64,000 nt of DNA from Prevotellaceae bacterium UBA711 (lineage in GTDB: Bacteria; Bacteroidota; Bacteroidia; Bacteroidales; Bacteroidaceae), in the NCBI GenBank assembly GCA_002297545.1, contig DBLZ01000042.1, positions 2,374 to 66,373 on the forward strand, read 5' to 3'. Under the pieces are notes generated by a model. It saw only the letters and a list, made by a program, of their open reading frames with translations. It was not told where the DNA came from and did no database searches. A program made the position numbers and the translations under genes. Below are positions 10,727-20,085 of the stretch, piece after piece. The stretch's first letter is position 1; each line of letters opens with the position of its first letter.

Positions 10727-13700
10727 TTACGCTACTTCGACTATCGCCTTATACGCGACCACGCTTTCGGCCTTCACGATTTTGCCGCGGAAGGCGAGAC
10801 GCGACCCCATATTCGTGTTAGCGAACGACGCATCATAACCCGCATTCACGCACAACACACCGCCACTCGGGTACGCGCTGGTGACGCTACGGTAAACCGC
10901 ACGCGCTGAGGATAAGCCTATCAAGTACTTGTCTCCATAGTAGGTAGAGCTACTGCCGTTGACAGTACCTACAGGAACTACATCCATGTATTTGCCATGG
11001 TAGACTGCCGTTATCCACTGGTCATTGGCGGTCTTACCCTGGACCATACGTGTGGTGCCGTCGGGCATCCATATACGCCATTTGCCGACATTGCCACTGT
11101 CGTTGGGTAGGTCTACATTGTCCATCATGTCGCACTTGTGACCGTATATATCTTCGTAACCGAGACAGCTGATATTGTTGACCTGGGTCACTGTCGTCCT
11201 GCCGAAATCTTCCTTGATCAGATACCATGCGTATTGGTGGACTACACCATCTACCATGCTGTTGGTGATGCCGTGGTCTATGGCGTAGGCTTCATCAAAG
11301 CCAATGGTATCCTGCATGCCGTATTTGGCCGTGCCGCCGGTAATCCTGCTATTGGTATTAGAGCCTGCGCCGCACTGCTCCTGGCTATTTCTGCGGCCAT
11401 ACTTGGCATAGAACAGGTTGGCTATACGAGAATGCATCATGGCGTCTATTTGCTGCATGCCTCTGCTCACGCTGTAGTAGTGGAAGTCGGTCCATGTCAT
11501 GCTGGCGGCTGTACTGCCGCCACTGATGACGGCACGGAGCGTGGTACCTACTAAGCTGGAGCCAACTATGGCACACATATGTTCGTCATAGGCTACCCAG
11601 TCGGGTTCCATATCCTCTATCCTGTCGCTGTTGCTCAGTACTACTTTGTCAAACTCTGCCGTGTTCAGAATGGAAAAATGGAGCAGTACGGAATTCTTTG
11701 GCACATCTGATATGATGTACATACCAGGTTCAAATTTGCAACCCAATATGGGCACAATGACCGTATCCACTACCCTACCCTCTGCATCGGTAAAGACACT
11801 GCCCACAAGGTTGGTACCGGGTACTGTCGGGAAACGTACCCTCTTATGTACTGAGACATCCACCTTGCAGACGGAATAGATGCTGTCTGTACTTATAGAG
11901 TCCATTATGGTAGCTTTACCGGCCATGACCTTCTTTCCAGGAATGTAGCCTCCACTCAACTTCTTAATGTCATCCAATGTCAATACCGTGGCTTCAGGAA
12001 TCGCCGGCATCCTGTCTTTGGAATTGGCGCTGAAACAACTATAGTGCTTATTTCTAAGATAGTCATTGATACCCTTTCCCCAGTAGAACGGTTCGTACAT
12101 CATAAAGTCGCCTTCACTGCCATCCAGCCTGGCCGGTGTGCCATCTGTATAGTAGTTAGAGTTGGTGTCATCCAACGGACTGTAGGTCATCTCGCCGTCC
12201 AAATTATTCATTATGGTATCCACGCCTACCATCTTCACGTTGCGTGTGGAGGCTTTCCTTGTAACCTTGGCCAGGACACGGTGGCGCTTCTTCAGTATGG
12301 CCGAGATGTGACCACTTGGCACGTACTCTGTGCCACTGTTGCTGCCAGTGCCGTTGTCAAGATTGGTGACATTAGCGTCATCGGTAATACTGTCGTCAAA
12401 CTCTATCATAGTGTACTCGGGCAACACGATATTCAACTCGTCATAGTGAGCCGTCCATTTGGCAAGGTCTTCGTCTGAGGGATACCGATTAAGCCTGTAT
12501 GTTCCTATTAGCTTGCATTCAGGCGTGAAGTTACTCTTTGCATCCACTCCTCCTGCGGTCATATACCTATTAAGCAGCGTGCCGTCTCCTTCCATATCCA
12601 CACCGGTGATACGCATGTTCTTTATGTTGGCACACCTGCCCAGCAACGTCTGCCAGTCAAGATTTGGACATCCGGCGAAGATGAATGTACCGATATTGGC
12701 ATAGCTCTCTATCAAAAGGCCATCTGGTTTCAGTTGGGCAAGATACTCCAGCCTCAACGCTGTAAGCGTGCGTGGCAAGTATGCAGTGGCCAACGGGGCG
12801 CCATGGGCGAAGTTCACACTCTCAACCTCAGTACCTCCTGCGTCAAGGAACTCCAGCTTATTTTGGTTACTCAAGTCAAGTTCTTTGGATGTGCTGCTGC
12901 CCGTCTTGGCATGCTTCTGGTTTCTGACATTGAGCCTGCGCAGAGACCTGCAGGAATCTATGACAAGCCACCAGCCTGTAGAACCGCCGGTCTTTGCTTC
13001 CAGGTTCAGTTCACGCAACACCTTGCATTTGCCAAGGTCCAAGCCGTTCTTGAGGTGTTCGGCTGCGTCTGTCATGTCAAGGACCTCCATGCGGCTTGCG
13101 CCATAGAGCCTGACGGGGTCGTTCACCGTAAGGTTACGTGTGATACTCAAGTCTGCGGTCTCGCCTTCCTGTACGATACCTGTGTTGGCTATGTTGGGCG
13201 AATTATTCGTTCCGTAGCCAAAGGCGTAAACCTCGTTGGCGGTGATACGTATCACATCAGCATCATCGGAGGCGGAACGGGACAAGTACATGTCCACGTT
13301 GTCGGAGGTAAAGGTGCTTGTGCCGTACTTTGCGTCCAACAAGGCAAAACGGTTACGGATGAAGAACTCCCGGTGTGCCCTGTTGGAACCTTGCAGAGCG
13401 TATATGAACGGCCATACCTTGCCGTACATCTCCTGAATGGCAGGACGGATGTACTTTATCTCGCCAGACTTGTTGAAGGCTCTATCCGACCAGTTGCCTG
13501 CCTGCTCGTTGTTGAACATGTCAAGCACGCGTTCATCTGTCATCACGCCACGGAGGTTGTTAGCCAGGCGTCTGAGGTCTTCCTGCAGGTTGGCCAGGAC
13601 GAGGTTCCAAAGCCAGCTGTCCCTGCCCTCGAAGGCATACTTGGCGGCCTCGGCATCATAGGTGTCGCGGTCTGTGGTGTACTGATATACGAGGAAACAG

Positions 13701-16700
13701 TCATTACGCTTGCCCAACTGTGTGTCACCATCGTAATAGGTAATGTACCACTTCAATCCGTCCCAGGTACGGAGCATCATGTTCTTGGCACGCTGGTCCA
13801 CAGAGAGGTAGTAGTCGGTCCATAGATAGTATGTCAGGATGAAGTCCTTGTCAAAGTACTGGTCTATCTCGTCCTTGAATTTCTGGCTGACGAAGGTGGA
13901 CAGGTCATTGGAGTCGGCTCCAGCGGGCACACAATTCCTTATCCATCCGAACAAACGCCTTACAGCATTACGTTGAGCTTCGGTCAGGCCAGCCCATTTC
14001 ACGTCGTCCGGGTAATTCGTTTCCAGCCCGGCATCGAAATTGGCCGCCACATCATCATCACTGTCGCTTTGGAACAAGCACAGTTTCTCACCGTTGTTCA
14101 ACGTCTCAAAGGTCATGGGCATGGACGGATTGAAGCCGCTGACATTCGTCATGCCGAACAAATCCTCGCTCTTGGACTTTTCATTGTTAAAATTATACTG
14201 GCCGTAATACTCGCTTTCCCCATCCACGGTCTCGGCACAGAATACGTCTATGGGGAAACCATCTATGGCTGTCCTGACGTTAATGGCGGACAACTGATTG
14301 CCTCCGTTCTCATACTGGTGACGCTGCGGAGGGGTGAGCAGTCCAAGTTCCTTCATGGAATCATTGAATAGCTTGGCTCCACCGGTATTCATGGACATGG
14401 AACTGTCGGAATAGTCTGACTTCAACGTATACAGATTCATAGGGATTGCTCCGGGGCGCATGGGGTACCTGTTCTCCCCGTAAGGGTCCTTCACACCGTT
14501 TACGGTGAAGCTGAGGAGTTCACCGCCTTTGGCGTAGTAGATGCGGATGTTCTTGCTCGGGTACTTAGTAGACGATGTTCCCTGTATGCGGATGTAGCAG
14601 TCCCGCAGGACGAAATCATACTCTTTGCCAAACGGGGAGTAGAAATACACGTCGGCCTTGAAGTCGGTCTTCTTGTTGTTCTCAGCATACACGTCATCCA
14701 GCTTGTTTTTGCGAACAATGCGGAGGACGCCCTTGCCCTTGGCACGCAGTTTGTCGATATCCACACCACCCTTGTCTCCAAGGATGTCGTTATCATCAAA
14801 GAGCGTCATCATCTCATCAGAACTTTCGGCATCAACTATGCGGTTGTCAAGCTCCTCGTCATCAGATATGGCACGATTGTAGATGCGGATGCTGCGTATC
14901 TCCACATCTGCCTCCGAACTATCTATGACAATACTCTGCGGTACGTCTTGGGCGAAATTGAATGAGGTATCATACACGTCAGCACCTGTCCTGTTGCCGT
15001 CCACATAGATGTGCATGAGCCTGTTGTCGTCACGGGTACAGACAGTGAAGGCTACCTTCATCCAACGGTCGGAGACATAGTTGGTGCCCAGCTTTATTTC
15101 ACGTGTCACAAGTTCATCGTCCTCGTTGGTGTAGTCCACGGTCTGTCCTGTCTTGAAACTTGCGTTCTCGGCGGTAAAGAGTAGCCCCTTGCCGTCGTGG
15201 ATGCAGCTGACCACATTGGCGCTGCGCTTCATGACGTTGCTCACCTTCATGGTCATCTCTATTGTGATGCCAGTAGACTTGATATCGGAAGCAAAGGGCT
15301 TGTAGTCTATCGTGGCTTTGGCCCCGTTGGTGAGCCTGAGGCTCCCGCCCGTCCATCCGTTGGAGTTCCAGTCAAAGTCCTCGAATATGGTCTTGATGCC
15401 ATTGGACTCCCATCGCGCTGGGTCACTTTCGCTGTTGCTGCGTCCGGCCGCATCAAACTTGGCTATTATGCCGTACAGAGCCTCCGACAGGTCTATGCTA
15501 CTATCCTTAACGTCAATGTTCAGGGTATAGCTTTTCGAACCGACCTTCATCATGAGGGTGTTGGTACCCTTGGAAGTGAAGCGGTTAATATACTTCTGCA
15601 TCTGACGCGGGGCATTGATGGTACTGGTATGCTTGCCGTTAAGGTACACATCTACTTTAGCCGGGGTAGCCGCAGGGTCGTAAGCAATGTAGTCAAAGCT
15701 CATCTGCTCGTACTGGGCTGCAGTGAGAACAGGGGGGATATGTGCGGATTCAAGTATCCTGCTTAACGTGTCAGTATACTTTATACCTATAAAGGGGGCA
15801 TTCTGCCCGGCCTTGAGGATGTCAATGTAAATGCTGTCGCTCTTCAGGCCGTTGCGCTCAGCTACAAGCTGGACGGAATGCCAACCGGGGGTGAGGGACG
15901 AGCCGTTGATGGAGAACGACCCATTGACCGTGCCACTCTTGTTGATGGTCTGCGATATTGGTGTTGTCGCCCCGTCCAAATACATGGACACGTCTTTCGT
16001 TCCGCTGCCTGTTATCGTAAAGGGTATCTCTATGATGTCGGAACTTTTGTATCCACCTCCAGAAATGGTGTCGGCAAGGTTGTAGCTGCTCGTCAACGTC
16101 AAGGTTATCACGTTGATGCTGGTATAGGCCTGCTTGGTCTGCCTGGTGCCGTCTTCCGTAGTAACGTTGGCCTTTACATATATGTCAGTGGTGCCTACAA
16201 GAAGATAGTCGGATATATCAAGGTGGTATGTGCCTGCGCTTACGCCCTTGATAGTCTGCTCGTATGTAGTGGTAGTACCACGGCTAACAATGATTGTGAG
16301 ATCGGCCTTGATGCCGGTGGCATCTCCTTCGGAGTTTACGTGGTTATAAGTATAAGCCAGTTCTGCATGTCCGCCTTCCTTCACCTGCGCCTTATCAAGG
16401 GCTGCTGTCAGGATGATACGGCTTGCCGTGGTACCACCACTGCCACCACCGCCAGTGAACTCCGCAGATGCTATGACGCCGCCCTGCTTGTTCAAGATGT
16501 TCAGGGTGTTCTTGTCACCGTCAGGGATGACCTCAACTCCTCCCACTGCAGCATCCCCTATTTCCTTAATCCTACGAGTAACAACTGCATTCTGCACAGG
16601 ATTGGTGCTGTCTTCGTCAAGACTCTCGTCCACCTGTACCTGGTCTATTCTGAGAGACACGTTACCGTCCGCATCCGGGGATACCTCCTCTCCGTTGAGA

Positions 16701-17617
16701 GAGATGGACTTTATCTTGCCGCCGCCATACTCTTCCCAACTGGCAGGGATGAGAAAACTGGATATATCACTGCCCACAAAGCGATAGTCCTTCCATTTGC
16801 CCGCACTCTCCTCAAAGGTGATTATCATACCAGGCTTGTCCTCGTCATCAATACCGGCATCTACCAACGCTGCGATGGCGCTGTCCTTGGTATAGTAGCC
16901 TTCGACAAGCGGTTGCTCGGAGGTCACGTTGTAGAAACCACTGCCGGAACCACTACTGCAGAATTCTACAAGTGTTCCCTCATTATCATCCCACACATAG
17001 CCTGTGCCACCCAAAAGATATACCTTGTCCTTCTGTATGCTGTCTTTGCTTTCATTAAGATACAGGTCTACAGTGGGCCAATCCAGATGGTACTCCACTC
17101 CTGTTGCTCCGTCTGTCCGGCAGGCAAAAAGCTTCTTAGCCTGTACATAGACTATACTACCACCATCAGGTGCTGCTGTCATGGCCAGTTGGGCATCTGG
17201 AACCATCTCATCAAACCTTGCTGTGGTTCCGCCCTCCGCCATACTTATACGGCTGTCATATCGGCCAATGTTTGAAGCAGCCTCGTTGGCCGCTTCAGTT
17301 GCCTCCAATGCCGTCTGAGCAGCCCGAGAGGCCGTATCGGCTGCCGACTCCGCAACGCCAGAGGCCTGGATGGCCATCTCGGAGGATGTATTCGCATTCT
17401 TCGCTGCTGCATTAGCCACTCCTGCTGCATCGGTGGCAGGCTTTGACAATAGCGACAACGGTGCCAGTACAAGGCTGTCACCCTGCATGGCTGGAAGGCC
17501 GGTAAGTCCATTCAATGATGTGGCCACGCCCAACTCCTTTATGTCTGTACTCTCTGCTTTGATGTCATTGAGAATCTCTTTCTTAATGTCGTTCTTCTCT
17601 TGTTCGGTTAGTGCCAT
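10727..17617 (-). CDS. giant multidomain receptor-binding/tail fibre protein (DGR target); ~2296 aa from ATG 17617
   Basis: Longest ORF in the window (alternative start 17671). Motif-level recognition of a ConA/LamG-like block (WMKVAFTV..MHIYVDGNRTG), a CotH-like block (IRIQGTSSTKYPSKN, DQRAKNMMLRTWDG..YYDGDTQLG) and an LRR-like block. The C-terminal segment carries the VR. Confidence 0.8.
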   Translation of the reverse strand: MALTEQEKNDIKKEILNDIKAESTDIKELGVATSLNGLTGLPAMQGDSLVLAPLSLLSKPATDAAGVANAAAKNANTSSEMAIQASGVAESAADTASRAAQTALEATEAANEAASNIGRYDSRISMAEGGTTARFDEMVPDAQLAMTAAPDGGSIVYVQAKKLFACRTDGATGVEYHLDWPTVDLYLNESKDSIQKDKVYLLGGTGYVWDDNEGTLVEFCSSGSGSGFYNVTSEQPLVEGYYTKDSAIAALVDAGIDDEDKPGMIITFEESAGKWKDYRFVGSDISSFLIPASWEEYGGGKIKSISLNGEEVSPDADGNVSLRIDQVQVDESLDEDSTNPVQNAVVTRRIKEIGDAAVGGVEVIPDGDKNTLNILNKQGGVIASAEFTGGGGSGGTTASRIILTAALDKAQVKEGGHAELAYTYNHVNSEGDATGIKADLTIIVSRGTTTTYEQTIKGVSAGTYHLDISDYLLVGTTDIYVKANVTTEDGTRQTKQAYTSINVITLTLTSSYNLADTISGGGYKSSDIIEIPFTITGSGTKDVSMYLDGATTPISQTINKSGTVNGSFSINGSSLTPGWHSVQLVAERNGLKSDSIYIDILKAGQNAPFIGIKYTDTLSRILESAHIPPVLTAAQYEQMSFDYIAYDPAATPAKVDVYLNGKHTSTINAPRQMQKYINRFTSKGTNTLMMKVGSKSYTLNIDVKDSSIDLSEALYGIIAKFDAAGRSNSESDPARWESNGIKTIFEDFDWNSNGWTGGSLRLTNGAKATIDYKPFASDIKSTGITIEMTMKVSNVMKRSANVVSCIHDGKGLLFTAENASFKTGQTVDYTNEDDELVTREIKLGTNYVSDRWMKVAFTVCTRDDNRLMHIYVDGNRTGADVYDTSFNFAQDVPQSIVIDSSEADVEIRSIRIYNRAISDDEELDNRIVDAESSDEMMTLFDDNDILGDKGGVDIDKLRAKGKGVLRIVRKNKLDDVYAENNKKTDFKADVYFYSPFGKEYDFVLRDCYIRIQGTSSTKYPSKNIRIYYAKGGELLSFTVNGVKDPYGENRYPMRPGAIPMNLYTLKSDYSDSSMSMNTGGAKLFNDSMKELGLLTPPQRHQYENGGNQLSAINVRTAIDGFPIDVFCAETVDGESEYYGQYNFNNEKSKSEDLFGMTNVSGFNPSMPMTFETLNNGEKLCLFQSDSDDDVAANFDAGLETNYPDDVKWAGLTEAQRNAVRRLFGWIRNCVPAGADSNDLSTFVSQKFKDEIDQYFDKDFILTYYLWTDYYLSVDQRAKNMMLRTWDGLKWYITYYDGDTQLGKRNDCFLVYQYTTDRDTYDAEAAKYAFEGRDSWLWNLVLANLQEDLRRLANNLRGVMTDERVLDMFNNEQAGNWSDRAFNKSGEIKYIRPAIQEMYGKVWPFIYALQGSNRAHREFFIRNRFALLDAKYGTSTFTSDNVDMYLSRSASDDADVIRITANEVYAFGYGTNNSPNIANTGIVQEGETADLSITRNLTVNDPVRLYGASRMEVLDMTDAAEHLKNGLDLGKCKVLRELNLEAKTGGSTGWWLVIDSCRSLRRLNVRNQKHAKTGSSTSKELDLSNQNKLEFLDAGGTEVESVNFAHGAPLATAYLPRTLTALRLEYLAQLKPDGLLIESYANIGTFIFAGCPNLDWQTLLGRCANIKNMRITGVDMEGDGTLLNRYMTAGGVDAKSNFTPECKLIGTYRLNRYPSDEDLAKWTAHYDELNIVLPEYTMIEFDDSITDDANVTNLDNGTGSNSGTEYVPSGHISAILKKRHRVLAKVTRKASTRNVKMVGVDTIMNNLDGEMTYSPLDDTNSNYYTDGTPARLDGSEGDFMMYEPFYWGKGINDYLRNKHYSCFSANSKDRMPAIPEATVLTLDDIKKLSGGYIPGKKVMAGKATIMDSISTDSIYSVCKVDVSVHKRVRFPTVPGTNLVGSVFTDAEGRVVDTVIVPILGCKFEPGMYIISDVPKNSVLLHFSILNTAEFDKVVLSNSDRIEDMEPDWVAYDEHMCAIVGSSLVGTTLRAVISGGSTAASMTWTDFHYYSVSRGMQQIDAMMHSRIANLFYAKYGRRNSQEQCGAGSNTNSRITGGTAKYGMQDTIGFDEAYAIDHGITNSMVDGVVHQYAWYLIKEDFGRTTVTQVNNISCLGYEDIYGHKCDMMDNVDLPNDSGNVGKWRIWMPDGTTRMVQGKTANDQWITAVYHGKYMDVVPVGTVNGSSSTYYGDKYLIGLSSARAVYRSVTSAYPSGGVLCVNAGYDASFANTNMGSRLAFRGKIVKAESVVAYKAIVEVA
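10794..10906 (-). repeat. DGR variable repeat (VR) including a 14-nt GC-rich IMH-like end (gggtcgcgtctcgc)
   Basis: 89/113 nt identical to the TR at 37044-37156 when read on the minus strand. 12 of 20 core mismatches fall on TR adenines. Encodes ARAVYRSVTSAYPSGGVLCVNAGYDASFANTNMGSRLA. Confidence 0.8.
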
Positions 17618-17655
17618 AATTGTATATGTGATATAATCATTTGTATTGATCTTGG

Positions 17656-20085
17656 TTATTCTCCCGTCCACAGTCCATCTACCGCATACCAGGCTCCAAG
17701 CATGGACTTTAATTTGATGACCATATTGGGTTGCATCATAAGATAAGAGCCTCTACGTTCCGTATAAGGCACATTCATGTTTTCAAGCACGGCATCGCTT
17801 CCTTGTGGAGCATACGGATTCAACTTGTAAAACAAGGACTCACCGTCTGCCGTTTTTATATAAGTAGCATTCTTCTCAATGTCCCACTTTGTATTCTTAA
17901 TGAAGAACGAAAGTTCCAGACCATCATACAAGGTAGCCTGTGGTAAGTGTATATACTGTACTGTTGTCGGCTCGTTTATCAAAAACCAGTTGTATGGTTC
18001 CTGTAACGGGTCAATGGTATATGTCACTTCGGATATTGTCCGGGTCTTGGCATAATAAAGGCTGCTATTGAGCACGCCATAGAATTGCCCGTTCTTGGCC
18101 ACTATACTTCCATCGTCCAATACCTTGAAGTTGCCGTTGGCAGTAACAAGGCCCTCCAGTCGGATATTCTCTGCAGTGAGCTTGATTACAGTCTTTCCAT
18201 CCTCCTCTACAGCCACGCCTATGAGAGCCAGTTTACCGTCTGCTGTCTGCATGTATATGCCGGAACCCTCTGGCCTAATCATAAGCCCGGTCTCCTTCAA
18301 CGCCTCGTCATCCTTGTCGAATACCGCTGCCGATATTTTAACAAGACGCTCGCTCTGTTCGAGCAATGTCCGATAGGTATGCGTAAGGGTTTCGATACGG
18401 TCCGTGCTGAGCACAAGCATATATACCAGAACCTCCCCCGTAAAACGGAGCGAAAAATCACCCGTACCGTTCCATAGACCCGATAATGTCATCTGCTGAT
18501 ACCCCTCTGTCACATCCAAATCATCGGTATATGACATTGGCTGGTATACCACGAAACCGTCATTATTGATATTGCTGAAGCCGATGGTCATAGTTCCGGG
18601 CTTGCGAACCTTGTAGAAGAATGAAAGATATACAGCTGCCGGTTCTTTCATGCCGTCCGCATTGGTCTTAATTTCCGGCAAGCCGCGATAGTCCGTGAAT
18701 TTCTGCGTAATGGCGTCGTTCTTTATCCTTACCACACGTCGTCCTTCATCCGTATATATATTCGCTCCGTCCCCTTGGCTTGTCAGGACATTGCCGTTGG
18801 CGAATATCCATCGCTTGCCCAACAGGAAGAACGTGGTCTCATTATTGACATCCCAATGCTTCATGCCATCCCCGAATGTGGGATTGGAAAGGAAGCCCTT
18901 GTCCTGCAGGAAATCCTTGCGCACCGCCTCCACGGCAGAGTTTATCTTGCCCTCGGTAATCTCGAACTGGGTCCTCACGTCCGTACCTGTCGTAAGCAGG
19001 AATGTGCCACGCAAATAGACATTGTCAGAGTAAAGGCCGTTGCCGTGGGGACGGTTGTCCGTCGGGAACATGTCATCTTGAATGCCGTCCAGATTACCTA
19101 ACCTTGCACGCAGGCATCCGTCAAGGTTTGTCGTACTGACACCGTCATAGACATCCACGCGTGGATGTCCGTCCTCTGTAGCGCTTATGAGGATGAAGTT
19201 CTGACGCTTTGCATCGCTGAGGCTACCCATCAATACACACTCATCATCTTTCTCCGGCACACTCTTCCACTTCTCAAATTCGCGCTTTTCAACCAGTATT
19301 CCATCTGCAAAACTATGACTGACACTCACCCAGTAGCTCTTCACTCTATCAACGCTGAAGGTCTGGCAGCGGATGAGATCACCGGACAGAAAGGTATTCT
19401 CCTGTTCAAATTTGATGAGATATACCGTTTCATCGTAGTCCACGACCTCCTTTATCTTTCCATTGGCCGCAGAGACACATATCTGACCTCCCACGCTACG
19501 TACCTTGGAAATGAGCAACTCCAGCAGTACCATCGTCTGTCGGACGGTCAGATTATCAATGGTAAGATGTGTCTTTCCGTTTTCATCGGTCCACATACGG
19601 TATCCACTGCCAAACAAGCCGTCAACAAAATCGACGGTGCCGCCAATACTGTCGGATGTCACCTCGGCATACTCTACTTTGTCCGTAGTACGTACAGGCT
19701 GATCCATACAATCATTGAAAGCGTGGCCACTCCATTTGTCGGAGTCATCGGCATGTGCTGTAGTGTCGGCCTTGTCGGCATGTGCCGCGTCATCGGCATA
19801 TCCGACCTTGGCCTTTTCGGTCTCAATGACGGCCTCGGAACCGTCCTCGCTTTCACGCATCTGGTCTATGTAGACATAGCTGTCCGCGTCTATGCTGATT
19901 TTGTCCAGCGAATACTTGTTGGCATGGGTGTGGCCGGTGCCGTTTCCGCCACCAGGGGCAGACGTGACATTTATCACGGTACTGCCGCCTCCTGACTGCA
20001 CTATTCCGCCCAGTTCACGCAACCTCTCGCTACGCGGGCGGGGAGCACGTCTGGCTATATCCAGTTTATACTTCTTCTCCATCAT
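17656..20085 (-). CDS. large tail fibre/baseplate-associated structural protein
   Basis: 809 aa. Sits between the distal tail protein and the giant fibre. Gly-rich N-terminus. No enzymatic motif recognised. Confidence 0.45.
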   Translation of the reverse strand: MMEKKYKLDIARRAPRPRSERLRELGGIVQSGGGSTVINVTSAPGGGNGTGHTHANKYSLDKISIDADSYVYIDQMRESEDGSEAVIETEKAKVGYADDAAHADKADTTAHADDSDKWSGHAFNDCMDQPVRTTDKVEYAEVTSDSIGGTVDFVDGLFGSGYRMWTDENGKTHLTIDNLTVRQTMVLLELLISKVRSVGGQICVSAANGKIKEVVDYDETVYLIKFEQENTFLSGDLIRCQTFSVDRVKSYWVSVSHSFADGILVEKREFEKWKSVPEKDDECVLMGSLSDAKRQNFILISATEDGHPRVDVYDGVSTTNLDGCLRARLGNLDGIQDDMFPTDNRPHGNGLYSDNVYLRGTFLLTTGTDVRTQFEITEGKINSAVEAVRKDFLQDKGFLSNPTFGDGMKHWDVNNETTFFLLGKRWIFANGNVLTSQGDGANIYTDEGRRVVRIKNDAITQKFTDYRGLPEIKTNADGMKEPAAVYLSFFYKVRKPGTMTIGFSNINNDGFVVYQPMSYTDDLDVTEGYQQMTLSGLWNGTGDFSLRFTGEVLVYMLVLSTDRIETLTHTYRTLLEQSERLVKISAAVFDKDDEALKETGLMIRPEGSGIYMQTADGKLALIGVAVEEDGKTVIKLTAENIRLEGLVTANGNFKVLDDGSIVAKNGQFYGVLNSSLYYAKTRTISEVTYTIDPLQEPYNWFLINEPTTVQYIHLPQATLYDGLELSFFIKNTKWDIEKNATYIKTADGESLFYKLNPYAPQGSDAVLENMNVPYTERRGSYLMMQPNMVIKLKSMLGAWYAVDGLWTGE

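Noticed and set aside
15878-17275. Long antisense ORFs inside large genes: 15878..17275, 12734..13825, 28473..29558, 46096..46881, 46948..47799, 51008..52576, 55052..56284, 56810..57775 and 61097..62251
   Set aside because: These are shadow ORFs opposite strongly supported genes. Their composition is biased (Gly/Arg/His/Val-rich) with no motifs. They are a typical artefact of moderately GC-rich coding DNA.
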